Source: Camelus ferus (taxonomy: Eukaryota). From it: a DNA stretch of 64,000 nucleotides. Position 1 is the stretch's first letter. The number at the start of each line of letters is the position of its first letter. The translations under genes were made by a program, and so were the position numbers. Shown here piece by piece: positions 1-13,149 of this stretch. The notes under the pieces are model-generated. The model saw only the letters and a program-made list of their open reading frames with translations, was not told the DNA's origin and made no database searches. The stretch spans positions 7,008,001-7,072,000 of the forward strand of contig NC_045696.1 in assembly GCF_009834535.1 (NCBI RefSeq), in the 5' to 3' direction.

Positions 1-329
1 CCTTTATGTTCCTGACACATGGGCAATTTTGAGATAGTGATGTTTACAGCAGGGTTCACAGCTACATAAACAAACATGCAGAGCAGCTGTGGCAAGTATG
101 CATTAAAATAGTAAAGCATTCATATAGGCTGTTATTTATAGAGGGCAAATTGGCCTGGAGGCTAGATGACAGCTACACAGAGCTGGGCCCGTTGCCAGCC
201 AGCTCCTCACTATAGCATTTCTGATTGATGAACTTCCATATTTACCCCCAACCATTATGCAACTATGACAAGCAGCCCTTCCCAACACCTCAGCAAATAT
301 GCCTCCTTAGGATGAATCCCCATTAAGCT

Positions 330-790
330 TTTTTTTCTTACATTTTTTCTTATGGAAACTATAAAACTTATACAAAAGTGGACCAAATCTTATAATTAAC
401 TCCCACGTACCCATCATTCAGTTTCTCTAATTGTCCATTCATGGCCAAACTTTCTCCATCTGTGTCACCACTCACTAACTGCCCCCCAATGTGAGATCAT
501 TTTATCTGCAAATATTTCAATGTGTGCCTCTAAAAACTAAGGATTCTTTCAAGAACATAACTATAACACCATTACAATGGCTAAAATAATTAATGATCAT
601 TTCTTAAGATCCAATATCTACTAAGTGTTCCAATTTCCAATTGTCTCAGAAATGTCTTTTTAATTTTTTTCAAATCTGCTTGTTTGAATCCAAAAGAGGC
701 TAACACACTGTGATTGGCTGGGATCTCTTCTAAGCCCCTTCTCTAGGAGTTCCCCTTCCATCTCTGTGGGGTTTTTTCCTTTCAAGTTTT
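330..790 (-). mobile_element. Old L1M (L1MC-like) 3' UTR fragment
   Basis: T-rich start followed by 'aaacttatacaaaagt...cccacgtacccatc...aaatatttcaatgtgtgcctctaaaaactaagga', typical of reverse-strand L1MC 3' ends. Confidence 0.65.
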
Positions 791-2823
791 TCTCAAAGAA
801 GAGTATCTCTGAAATATTTATATGTTATGAGGAAAACGGGGAGAAGTGGAAGGTGGGAGGAGGCCAACTTAATGAAGATATACTAGATAACATTTTATAG
901 ATGAGGAAACAGGGCTGACCGTCCAAAAGTCAGGATCTATGGGTTGCCAAGGAGGAAGGGGGAGTGTATATCAGACCCAGGGGAAGGCACACCGGAAGCA
1001 GGTGAGGGCAAACCGGAAGAAGACCAAGGCAAACCAGCCTTCACCGTAGAAAAGCTCAGCTCTGTTGCTTGAATAACTTTATTCACGTGCAGAGAGTTTA
1101 GTCACATAAATCACGTCACAGATCATAGGATTTTTGAGTTGAAGAGTCTTTGCTCTCCTCTTACTTATTGCGGAAATGGAGACCCAGCAGGACTAGGGAC
1201 CTGGTTAAGGTCAAACAGCTGCTGGCAGAGCAAGAACCGGAACTGTTGTCCAGCCTCCACGTTCAGTGCTTTTTGTGTCATGAATGTGTTGGTTCATGAG
1301 GATTCTGTAGCGCAACAACCCCCCAAAAAGCAGCTAGTGTTTCATGGGCAGACAGGCTCTCTTTTCTTTTCTGTCACCATTAGTTCTTTTCCTTTAGGGT
1401 TTCTCTGTTGGTCTCCGATGTTATGTTCATTTTAAAATTCTTTATTACATTCACATGAGTTTTTAGCAACAATATCTGAAAATGAGATGTGCCACAAAAC
1501 AGTTCTGAAATCAAAATTAAATAAGTACCATCGACAAAAAATACTCCTGGGAAAATATGATGTCCTCTCAAATCTGATTTCCAAGCAGCATTTCTCTCTG
1601 CTGCAATCAAAATGCCACTTCACTATAATAAGGGAGAACATGAGATCAAAGAGTCTGGAAAGGTGACGTTTCTCAGCTGAGATGGTTGAGGTTTAGCATT
1701 ACAGTACTTTCAGGCTGTTTCTGCTAATGATGTTTCATAGCCATTATATTTTTCAAACCTCATTTTCTCCTTTTGGTAAGTTACTGGTAATGCCCCCACT
1801 GACAAGGCAATATCTCCAGATTTACCATTTTTCTTTTAAGAGTTATACCCCAACTACCTAGCCTGGGAAAAGAGTTAATTGTTAAGATCTGAAATGCTAA
1901 GATCTTGGGTGAAAATTTCTGGGTAAATCTCTATAAGGTGCAATTTTTTAAAAATCCAAAGATGTGACTTTATTTTTCCTAGATAGAAATCTACAGCTTA
2001 TCAACATCAAGAAATCCAACTAACCTTTCTTCTTTGAGCATTAGTTTCCAGTGATTTATTTGGGGCTTCCTCCCAAATATCCACCCCAGTATAATATACC
2101 CCAGTAGTGTCATTGGCTGGATAAAAACTGATAATAGCTTCTCCCTAAATATGGTAAACTTTCCGTGATCCTAAACAGTTTGCAGACACTGTGTTCTGCC
2201 TAATAATCTGAGGTTGGATGCTGTAGAGGACATATAGAATTTTACAGTTTTTTCACCACTCCTCTAAAGGAAAGAATACTATAACTCTGTTAAACATTAT
2301 AACTTTATTAAAAATTTCTCATAATTGAGAAGTTACCTAGGGTCTCATAACTTAGAAGGCAGTGTATCAAGTTCACCATATATTATCGTGGTTGAAAAGA
2401 CAAAAACACTGGATAATTATAAAAATTTTCATTATTAAAACATCAGTACCAGAAAATCCATTGTTCTTCTCCAAATGGGCCATGAGGAGCTACTGAAATA
2501 GTTGCTCAATAGAAGTCAGTGATGGTCACATAATATATACAATTTAAAATTCAAAACCAAGGAGAAAAATAGACTAGCATCTAAAAGTTAGGTCTGACTC
2601 AAAAGTCAATATTCTTGTTGGGAAGAAACTGCACCTTTCCAATTAAGAGATGAGTGTCAAATAGTAGGAAACCTCTAATTAGTGTATCCTTAAATAAATC
2701 AAGCTTTATTATTTCCTAGAGCATTCAGTAGTATGAGGGCTGACAGTATGATGCCAGGGCAGCAGTCCTGCTGGACAATTTCTAATGACCGGAAGACGAC
2801 CATCGGGGGAAACCATGTAAATT

Positions 2824-2826
<3 letters not shown>

Positions 2827-2869
<43 letters not shown>
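2827..2869. repeat. (CA)n microsatellite
   Basis: Uninterrupted CA run of about 21 units. Confidence 0.98.
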
Positions 2870-2871
<2 letters not shown>

Positions 2872-2898
2872 CTCTGCTAAATAATTAAACAGCTAGAG

Positions 2899-3015
2899 TA
2901 ATAATTAATAATTAAATAAAATTTAATAATTATTTAATAAATAAAATTTATTTATTTAATAAATAATTAAATAAAATTTAATAATTAATAATTAAATAAA
3001 AATTTAATAATTAAA
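2899..3015. repeat. Pure A/T low-complexity tandem/quasi-palindromic repeat
   Basis: About 117 bp with no G or C, built from aataattaataattaaataaaattt-like units. Confidence 0.9.
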
Positions 3016-3074
3016 CCTCTCTCTGCCACATCTCAGTTTATCTGTACTTCTTTGTGTCATTTATAGTGTCAGGC

Positions 3075-3185
3075 CATCTTGGGTTCAAACCACAGTTGCT
3101 ACATTCATGGATTTGCTTAACCTCTCTAATGCCTCAGTGTTGCCGCTCTAGAAGAGAAGCAATCATGGTACCCACCTCATCCGTG
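3075..3185 (+). mobile_element. MIR fragment
   Basis: 'gggttcaaacc...cttaacctctctaatgcctcagt...gtacccacctcat' resembles the MIR core. Confidence 0.6.
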
Positions 3186-3940
3186 ACTTTTCAACTTTAC
3201 AGATTCTCTTAGGTCAGATCACTTCCGCCCCGCCAAGAGACTGCACAGGTGAAAGACAGTAGAGAGCAAAGCTTTGTAAGGAGGGAAGCCAGACATTTGG
3301 GAGGGCCTGTCCCAGGAGCTGGCTCCATTGTTTCTGGGGACCTGCAGCTGGTGTCTCCAGAGAAGGACAAATGACTCCCCTCTGAAGACACTCTGTATAG
3401 TCAAATAGCAAATGGCAACCTGCGATAGCCAGTGCAAGAAATGCACACTCACAACATGAGAGTAAATGCCAGCCTGGCCTCTGTCCCAGTTATCTCCCAT
3501 GAAGTAAAAATCGATGGGATTTGAATTAATGAGGATCACTGGACGCAGAAGAGACTTTGCATTCCTATAGATAGTAACATTTCATCATTATAATTTCTGT
3601 CCAAAGTGGACATGAATATAGATTATTCTCAGGTCTTCTAAGGCAACTGCTCAAGGAGGACAGGATCAAGAGTCTGCATTTGAAAGCACTGTTTCTAAGT
3701 CCCAATTCCCCTGCTAGGTTTTTCATAGGAACTCTAAGGTGTCAGTTGATGCCCCAATTTGGAGAATGTATATTTGTGCCATTAACTCAACTCAACTGAA
3801 TAATATTTATTTCCATAATAAGTCCTTAATAGATACTTCTGCTTTAAAGTACAGATATACTTCAGTCAAGTGGACAGTGAGTGTGAATTTCTATACAGCC
3901 AATTCCATTGTTTTCTATTTACTGAGAATGATAAAGATAC

Positions 3941-4282
3941 TGTAGCAGTCGGCTTTGGCTCCATCGTGCTGCAGTAACAAACAACCCCAAGGGCTTAAAA
4001 CACAAAGGTTTATTTCTCATATACATTACACGTCAGCTGCAGCTCTGTTCACATGTTGTTGTCTCCAGGATGCAGACTGAAGGAGCGACCCTGGGTAGAC
4101 ATGCCATTTTCCTGACAGGGAGAAAAAGAGGGAGAAATGACAGAACATCTCACTTCTGCTCACCATTTATTAATCATAGCAAGTCATATGGCAGTGCCTG
4201 ATGTCCACAGAATAGGGGAATATAATTCTTTCACAGGGACTGGGAATAAATAATTCAGAACAAAATAGTACAATCTACCACA
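3941..4282 (-). mobile_element. MaLR solo LTR (MLT1J-like)
   Basis: TG...CA ends; 'gctgcagtaacaaacaaccc...aaaggtttatttctc'; perfect 5-bp TSD GATAC (3936-3940 and 4283-4287). Confidence 0.85.
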
Positions 4283-4346
4283 GATACCCAAGTGGTTTTG
4301 AAAACCCATTATGAGTTAAACATTTTTGCAAGTGAGGGTTTAAAAT

Positions 4347-4734
4347 GTGCAGTAGTTATTAGTGTTGTTCACCAGATATGTCCAGCGTTCATCTTTCTAG
4401 ATACATGTTGGCTCATATTCCCCTGTTTCCGTTGAATGAGGTCATGTGACTTACATTTGTCCCACCAGCATAAGCATATGTCATGAGTATCACTCTGAAG
4501 GAAACGTCACAAGCTAACACATGATAATTCCCTTCCTGTGTCTACAGTTCTCATGGAAGCATGTGTCACAGCGAAGTTTCTGTTATTCTGGACCCTTGAC
4601 TGGCTTTGAATAGACCATTGCCGAGTCACTTGGGACTTGTAGCATGACTGAGAAATAGCCTTAAGTTGGGTTAAGCCACTGAAATTTGTGTTGTTTGTTA
4701 CCCTGGTATTAACAAGCTTATCTTGCCTGACACA
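4347..4734 (+). mobile_element. MaLR LTR (MLT1I/J-like)
   Basis: 'gtcatgtgactt...ttaagccactgaaatttgtgttgtttgttac' is the MLT1 3' signature. Confidence 0.7.
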
Positions 4735-5549
4735 AAATGTCATGCAAATATTTTGACCCGTTGGCTGTTGTACACTGCTAATAGCTCCAGACTTGCCAGG
4801 AAATGACAAGTGTATACAAAAGCACAGTGATAGTAGTCATTACTGATTAAAGTTTATTAGTATGCTGACAATTATGGCTCAATGATATGTTCTCTTTTGA
4901 TCACGGATCTTGGCTTCCCAATCAGGCTCACCTCACCTAACCGCAGGAGGCAGGTAGGGGCAATCAGCTCTTGCGAAACCGTTGGCACTCAGTCTCTTGA
5001 AAGGGCGTCTACTTGTTCATACTCTTAGACTGCCCCCAACTCAGCATTATCAGGCAACCACACCAGTTGATGCCCTGGTCCAACCGCATCCATAACAGCC
5101 TGGTGCTATGCCAAGTATAACCCAAAGTGCAACCAAGCATCCAGCTTGGAAACCCTTAGGGGAGGTAAAAACAAAATTTAACACTGAAAGAGAAGAATTA
5201 ATTTTGACTCTGAGCTTCCTGCCCAAAAGCAGGAATAATATAATAAGAAGATTTAGGCTTTGACCAGCCTAATTAAACCCTGTTGGAGTTTCCATTTCAC
5301 TGCACAACATCCCACAAGACCATTTTTTGGGTTTGATGATGGTGATAATTTTTCTCTAGTCTCTGAGGCCATCCTTAGAAGATATTAATTAAACATTTGC
5401 TAAGAATATGCATTTTCTTTTACATTTTCTCAAGCATTATTAATTACATAGGGTATTTTTTAAATTAATTTGTTATGGAATGAGTGATTCTTTAAATTCT
5501 ATAGTGCTTTACAGTTTTCAAGTTTCACACACATGACTTCATATTATCC

Positions 5550-6201
5550 TATAATAACCCTTTTCATTCCCCCTACCCTCATATTTCCCCTCCCCTCTCC
5601 CCACTGGTAATCACTCGTTTGTTCTCTATATCTATGTGTCTGCTTCTTTTTTGTTTTATTTACGTTTGTTGTATTTTTTAGATTCCACATGTAAGTGATA
5701 TCATACAGTATTTGTCTTTCTCTGTCTGATTTATTTCATTTAATATAATATCCTCCAAGTCCACCCATTTTCTTGCAAATGGCAAATTTTCATTATTTTT
5801 TATGGCCACATAGTATTCCACTGTGTGTATATACCACATCTTCTTTATCCATTCATTGGTTGATGGACACTTAGGTTGCTTCCATATTTTGATAATTGTA
5901 AATAATGCTGCTGTGAACATTGGGGTGCATGTATCTTTTCAAATTAGTGTTTTCATATTTTTTCAGGCATATACCCAGGAGTAGAATTGCTGGGTCATTT
6001 TGTATTTCTATCTTTAGATTTTTGAGAAACCACCACACTGTTTTCCACAGTGGCTGCACCAATTTACACTCCCATCAACAGTGTACAAGGGTTCCCTTTT
6101 CTCTACATCCTAGCCAATATTTGTAATTTGTGGCCTTTTTGAAAATAGCCATTCTGACAGCTATGGTGTGATATCACATTGTGGTTTTGATTTGCACTTC
6201 C
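5550..6201 (-). mobile_element. L1 fragment (ORF2 C-terminus and start of 3' UTR)
   Basis: Minus-strand ORFs [10 protein letters not shown]... and [33 protein letters not shown] are frameshifted L1 ORF2 C-terminal sequence. Confidence 0.95.
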
Positions 6202-7329
6202 ATATAGGGTGAATATTAATAGAAATCTGTGAAAGCTGATGGATAAAGGAGGGGCTGGTGGGTAATGATATTAGATAAGAATACACAGGAGGGAGCACTG
6301 AGGAGGCAAGACTGAAGGTTGAGTCTAAAATGGACTAGTGCAATGTTCACATTGGCCCAAAATTAAGTATGTTTAATAAAGCTCAAAGATCTAAAGTAGT
6401 AATAAAGTACTAGTAATAAAGAATTTGCTTTAGATACTTGGTTATATATACATTGTATGTCTCCCCAAACAAAGTTGGAAAAGGTGTAAAACCTATGAGG
6501 AACAAAAATAACACTCATCTATGATTCTTGCAGAAGCTCGTAAGAATCCACAAGGCCCAACATGGGGCAAAGAGATTTCTAAACACCTCTGTGGGTCTTT
6601 CCAGCATGATCCCTTTGTGTTCACCCAGACGGATCTCAGCATGTTCAGCCCAGCCTGCAGACCCTGTGTCAACCCCCAAGCCTAAGAGAAGAAAGAGGTC
6701 ACGTTCATTAAGCCAACAATAGATAGGTCATGACTACATGTAAGGGGGTAGGTTTATTGGCCATCAACAAATCAGGCCAAGAACAAGGAAGGACAGGGAT
6801 GTTTCTAAATAGAGCTTCACAGCCTCTGCTGCTGTGAGGACCTGGCACAGAGTCACACCTTTGTGCTTGGTGGACGACTTAGCAAAAGCCTCATCTACGC
6901 TGGAAATGTCCATTCCTGACATTGAAGGGACGAGCTGTGGGCACTTGGAGTTCCCATGGCAGCAAAGCAAGGTGTCCTCTATTGCCACGTTGAAGGGTAA
7001 AATGACACAGTGGCACTTCTTTCCCTGAGTTCACTCTGATGCATGCTCACCCACGTGGGAGGGGGCATCTCATGAACAATGAGCATCTTTAACCTGGGAA
7101 GGCGGTAGCCCAGGGGACAGGAGGCAGAGAAGATGCTAGACAAAAATCTGCTGTTGTCTTCAGAGCTTCTCGTGTGTCCCGCCCTAGGGTCTCTTCTTCT
7201 GATGAAACAAAATCCTGGGATGGACCCAAGGAGAACGCATTTCAATTTAAATGCTTAGTCTGTTTATTTTCCCATCCACCAAAATCACGATTTCCACTTC
7301 CTCCTCTTTCATCAGTCCTCCAGTACTAC

Positions 7330-8990
7330 TCCCACTTGGATAACAACCTGGCTTCACACTTCGCTGAGAAAATAGAAGCCATCAGACTGGAAGGCTGGCA
7401 TCCCTGCAGGGGTCTATCCACCACCCCACCCGGGCCTTCTACCACTGTCTGTCTTCCCTCCTGTAACTGTGAGGTTCTGTTCAATCCAGGACCAACCTCG
7501 GATTCTATGCCTTCCTCACGCTTAGAGATGTTAATACTGCACCACCCTCTCCCCCATCATCAAGTTTTTTCTAAATAGTTTATTTCCATCATCATAAAAA
7601 CATTTCCTAATATCTACCATTTTTAAGAACAAACAAAAACAAAACTACACTTCTCCTGGTACCGTGTCCCTTTCCAGTATGATCCCATTTCTTGATTCTC
7701 TTTCCCATATTTCTTCTAGAAAGAATTGTCTGCATCTCCATCGACAATTTTTTACTTCTGGCTCCAAATGAGCTTCCATTGCTAGCACACTGAAACTCAC
7801 CAACAATGTCCATCCTGCCAGGTCCAAAGGCCACCCCTCTATTCCTATCTTCCTGGGCCTCTTCACGTCAACCCTGTTGACCACTGCCTTCTTCCCTAGC
7901 CTTTCTTCCCTGATGTTCATCACGACTTCTGCTTTCCCTCCTTCTTCAATGAAAGCTCCTTTCCATCCTCATCTTCAAGCTACTTCTCCTCTTCCCAAAA
8001 CCTCAGAGCCCACTCCATCCAGAGTCCTATTCTCCATCAGCCCTCTCAGTGACTTCAGCCAGGCCCCTGGCTTTAATTACCATCTTTTTTGCTTTTGACA
8101 TCAAATTTCTATCTCTGGTCCTAACCTTTCCCCAGAGCTCTGAACTCAAAGATCCAGCTGCCTACCTGGCATCTCTATTTAGGTGCCTAACAAGCTTGTA
8201 CAACAAATGTGACCAAAGCAGAAACTAGAGTGCCTAGAATCCCCTAGAGTCTGCTCCCCTCTCCATCCTCCCCCTGTTCATAAACACATCATCAGCCACA
8301 CCTTGACTTGCACCAGAAACTGCAGCAGCATCCTTGATTCATCTCTGGCCCTTATCATCTAGAAGTCCCATAGATGTGGCTTCCCAAATCTGCCCAGCTT
8401 TGTGGTTACAACCCTAGACTGAGTTGTCATAACATGGAGGAAATGGTGTTCAACTGGATCTCACTGCTTAACTCTGACCACCGTACAAAAGTCCACTTTG
8501 CACACAGCAGCCAGAGTGATGTTAATAAAATGTAAACCAGAGCAAGTCATTCCCATTCTGAAAACCCTCCAATGGATTCTGGCTGCGCTTGGAAAATCCA
8601 GGTTCCCTGCACGGCCTACAAGGCCCTCCTAGCCTGGCTCCAGCCTGCTTGCCTGCTTCCCCTTCCAACCACTTTTGCACCTGACTCACCATGATGTGGC
8701 CAAGTGGGTTTTCCATTCAGAGCACTCAGCTCTTACCAGAAGGTCTTCTCTGCCCACCCAGTTGAAACGAGCTCCCATCCCTGTGCACCTGTCACTCTGT
8801 ATGGAACTTGTCACCAGCTGACATTGTCCCGTGGGCTTGTTTGTTAGCAATTAGAATGTGAACTCCTTGAGAGCAGGGCCTTGTCCTACTCTCTGCTCTA
8901 CCCCCAGGACCAGGAGCAGTTCCTGGACCACAGTAGGCACCGGATAAACATGTAGGTGTAGAATAAATAAATGGAAGACTGAATGAGTGA
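7330..8990 (+). mobile_element. L2 LINE fragment including 3' end
   Basis: 'gagaaaatagaagccatcag', 'ctgcctacctggcatctct', 'gcagccagagtgat', tail 'acagtaggcac...tgaatgagtgaa'. Confidence 0.85.
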
Positions 8991-9189
8991 AATATCCTAT
9001 ATGGTCACAAACCAGGTTGGTCCCTTAAACACCGAAAAAGTCCAGAGTCATTTAAAATTGCCCCCTGCCCCCTGCCCCCTTCCCCCACTAAAATCAACCT
9101 AACCTTGGTCAGCTTGAAGCCTCTCCCACCTGAATCTGGGAAACACTCCAAGAACCAGTTCCAACCACCCCTTCTCAGGCCGCTTCAAG

Positions 9190-10510
9190 GCTCCCTTCCA
9201 GTACCTGCCATTGAAGATCTTGGTGGCTCCCCTGGGCTCCATCCTGGAGACTGATCACCTCCTTCTGCACATCCTCCCAAAGCCACCCATCCCTGCCTCT
9301 TAGCATCAACTCCTATAGGTGTGCAGGTGGTTCCCACAAATGCAGCCCCACCTCTGTATCCTGAGTTCCAGATCCAGAGAACTAACTGGTCCTGGATGTC
9401 TCCCATCTAAGTGGCTCTCAGGTCCCTTAAGTCTAACTTGTCCTAAACTCAGATCTGCTCCTTCTCCTGCATTCCATCCCTTGACTAATGGAGCCTCTAG
9501 TCTCCAGGTTGCTTGGGTCAGAAACTTGGTTATCATCTTATGTTCTCTCCTCCTTTGGACTCTGCAGCCTTCTCACTCCCAACTATTTTCCTAAGCCCAG
9601 GACTGCCTAACCCATAGGGCTTCTTTGTGCAAATGAGGAAAAGCCATCTTTTCTCAACTCTATTGCCATCTACTGGGTCATTCATGTCACAAATATATAA
9701 ATGTATCTGTACCCCTTAGATGTAGTGAGTTGTGCAGTGTACAACCTGCACAACTGTATGTGGTGGCCCTTGCTAAGCTTGCCCATATCATCTTGTACCT
9801 GTGTCCAGTATCCAAACGCCCTCTCCTCTCCAGCATCTTGGCCACTGCACTTGCTCACACCACAACTCCTCCCCTCCCCCATCCTGCCCGTCTTCCGCAA
9901 TCCTGGACATTACACTGCTTCTATCCCAGCTTCGACTTCCCTAACTGTAGATTCTCACTTCTGCAATTCCCCTCCTTGCAGTTATCAAAATACGCTTTAT
10001 AATCTACAAAATCCCATACCCTCACTTCCCCCGCTCAAAACTCCCAGTGGCCGCCAAGTAGCTAAAGGCCAATCTCTTCTGCATGTCACAGCCATGCCAC
10101 TTACCCAGGAGCCCTGTCATTTGCTCCTCTGCATGCATGTGCTGCTGGAATTCCCGAATACACCATGGGTTATTTTGCCTCCGGTCTGCACACGTGGTCC
10201 ACCTAGAATATTCTCTTCCATTTACCTTCCCAGTAATGTCTACTCCCCACCAAACCTCCCTGCAGACACTGCCCCCTGGGAAACCCTTCTGACTGCTTGG
10301 CAAACTCAGGTGTCCTCCCGCTCTGCTTCCCTGCATTTCTACAAATCTCCACGATGTCTTACTGCATCCTGAGTGACTGATCACAGGGCTGGGTGTCCCC
10401 AGCAGACTTTATGTTTTTGCACATAAAGGTCATGCCCTTTCTTTTTTTCTATTCCCAACAATTCGCCCAATCTCACACAGCATGGGTGCTCAGTGAAAGG
10501 GATGAATAAC
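9190..10510 (+). mobile_element. Degenerate L2 fragment interrupted by a MER91-like element
   Basis: C/T-rich L2 motifs 'ctggatgtctcccatc', 'cagaaacttggttatcatctt'; tail 'gggtgctcagtgaaagggatgaat'. Confidence 0.65.
9598..9771 (+). mobile_element. hAT-Tip100 MITE (MER91-like)
   Basis: 'cttctttgtgcaaatgaggaaaag' and 'tgtgcagtgtacaacctgcacaactgtatgtggtggccct' match the recalled MER91 ends. Confidence 0.7.
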
Positions 10511-11348
10511 ATCAATGGCTTTTTTTAAAGCAAGGTCTAAATGTGTCTCAGGCGCCCTGAAGCATTTCCTTTCATCTGGTACCATGTTACCCCAACTCTA
10601 CTGAGAGCCAAGGGCCACACCTGCCTCCCCTATGAGGCTGTTTATCCTCTAATTTAAAAATTAAAGACATGCTTTATTAAAAGAGCCCGTTTGTTCTACA
10701 AGATCCTTTCTCCATCCAATATTCACCGTGCATCTTACAAATTCCATCCAATATAAATAAGATCGTTTATAGCAGAGATCTGAAAAGCAAACTTGGCCCA
10801 GAATTTGATCTCAAATCACACAGGGAACTCTGACAAGTATATGTATGACTGTGTCCCTTTTTAAAGCGAGTCTAGTCCACTGGAGACTCGCTGGGGACAG
10901 GAGACAGACTCCCAGAGCAAGTGGCCCTTAGGCCTTTCATTCCAACTCATTTTATGCACGGAGATGTCCCCTGATGCTGTCTGGTTCTGCTCTCGAATCT
11001 CCTCCCCTCTGCCAAGGGGCCAAGCAAATCACTCAGATGAGCAAATGGTGGGCAAGGGAGATCCCTTCACCTAAGCTTCTGATCCATAAATAAATAGGGG
11101 TCTCTCACAATCTAACCCTCACTCACTACAGAAATGAAAGATGCGGGTGGATGCCGAATCAGGACACACCACCCCACCTCCGAAGCCTCCTAGGACGGCT
11201 TTCTGAAGGTAGAAACTCAACAGGCAAGGTGTCTTAGGCTGAGATGTACTCACTCTGCAGGCAGGGATTTTCCAGAAACTTCCAGTGTCTGGCATTGTGC
11301 AGAGTTAGCCAAACACAGTCCCGCCCATAGGGAACTCACAGTTGAGAG

Positions 11349-11599
11349 CAGGAGGTTGGCAAAATGTTTTCTGTAAAGGGCCAGGTAGTAAATAGTTTAG
11401 ACTGGTGATGTCCCTGTCATAACTACTCAACTCCGCTGCCTGAAAGTCGCCATGGGCAGTAAGTTTAACAACGAGCGTGGCTGTGCCCCAATAAAATTTT
11501 ATTTATGGATGCATAATTTTCACATCATAAGACATTATTCTCCTTGAGGGCTTTTCCCAACCATTTAAAAATGTCAAAACTACTTTTAGTGCTCCCCTG
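11349..11599 (+). mobile_element. hAT-Charlie MITE (MER58-like)
   Basis: 'caggaggttggcaaaatgttttctgtaaagggccaggtagtaaata...ccaataaaattttatttat...cccctg'. Confidence 0.85.
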
Positions 11600-13149
11600 T
11601 TCTAGGCAGTGGGACTGGACATAAAACCAAATTATAGTACAAGACAAAAATGCAATCAGGTAGACAAAGAACATTTTTACTGGGGAGGTGGGCCAGTGGG
11701 CACAGGAGCTGTCACTCGTACTCCCAGCCAGCACCCCACCTCGCCCGAGCTCCGCGTGACAGCAGCAAGCCAGGCAGCCCCCGGGAGGAGGGGGAGCAGC
11801 TGCAATCCAGCAAGATGAAATCACTTGCGTGTGCTTTTTCAATTTGCATTCCCCCAGAGTGAGAAGATAACAGGGAGCAGAGGGTTCCTGACCTTTGCGA
11901 GCGAGCTAAAATTGAACTCCTGTTCAAAAGAAGAGATGCGTCAGTAAACAGTGCTATTATTAACACCACGTTTAAAGGGGAAAAAAGAAAGAATGTGAGT
12001 GTCTTTGTTTCAGGGAGGGTGGCACTGACGCTCCCTTTTGTGCTTGCTCTGTTTTTCCTGGGGTGAAAATTACTCCCCCTGCTTAAAGGTGTATGACTCC
12101 TCTTACGGCAGCATTTATTCTTCAGGACAATTCATTTGGAGGTGGAGGGGCCTAAATTCCATTCCATCCATAAAGAGCTTTTCTTGGTCCAAATTCCCTT
12201 CTGCCCCCTGGCCCCCACCCCCATTTTCTTAGGAGGCTGAGTGGAACCACAGGGATGAGCCGTCAGGAAGGCACTCAACATTAGCTATCAATTACACATC
12301 CACCCAGCCCACCCCTGCCCTCTGAGACCATCCTGGGACTCAGTCCACAGAAAGGTGTCCTTAACATATTCGTCAGAAATGCCTCCAATCATACAACTTG
12401 CTGTCAACACAGCCTCCACGTCACATTGTTCAAAGTGTCCAGGCACTGACCCAACCCCACATGGTGGGCAGGAAATTCTCAAGAAGACCCACGCTCGTGC
12501 TTTGACTATATTTCTATCTAATCACAGGATCTTGAATCAGAATAATCATAACAAACTCTTGAATGGCAGTAGCACCTTGGAACTTTCCTCGATAAAAATC
12601 GTTTTCCCCAGGGTGGATTTTCACCGGGAACCACACATCGGAAGGTTTTGGGTACGCTCACAGTTCGCCGTTGTTCCCTGCATTCCCACACTGCTTTCTG
12701 CGGCTCCTTCCCCAGGCGCCAGTCCAGATTCTCCACTCTGTGTAAGGTCTGGCAAGTGCCACCTCCTCCATGAGGCCCTCCATGATTCAGCCAGCCCCTT
12801 GTTCTCACCTCTAATCAGGTCCTGTACTGCCCCCTACTTTACCAAGTGTCACTGTCATCTCCCAAGTGGTCTGTAAGCCACATAGTGGTGAGACCTGACC
12901 CTTCTGGTCTTTTCTCTCTCTGGTCTCCTGGGCACAGGAGATGACAGCGCATGTTGGTGATGGCTCAAGGACCCATCAGGGGACCTCCTGAGCTGCCCCT
13001 AGGGATCCCAGACATGCAGGGAGTTCTTTGTCAACAGTGTGATGGGTGTCGGAACCAAAGCTGGTTATGAGCTCAGTTACAGACACTCAGCATCGCTAAC
13101 CCACTTCGGATCTCTCACAGTGATTCTGTTAGCCGTGCTGGGTCACGAG

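Noticed and set aside
6593..7030. Possible exons (acceptor-like ctttccag at about 6604; ORF 6834-7028 with donor-like GGTAAA)
   Set aside because: Peptides match nothing I recognise and no coherent exon chain can be built; RNA-seq or tBLASTx would be needed
9701..10372. 223-aa ORF
   Set aside because: Lies across MER91-like and decayed L2 sequence
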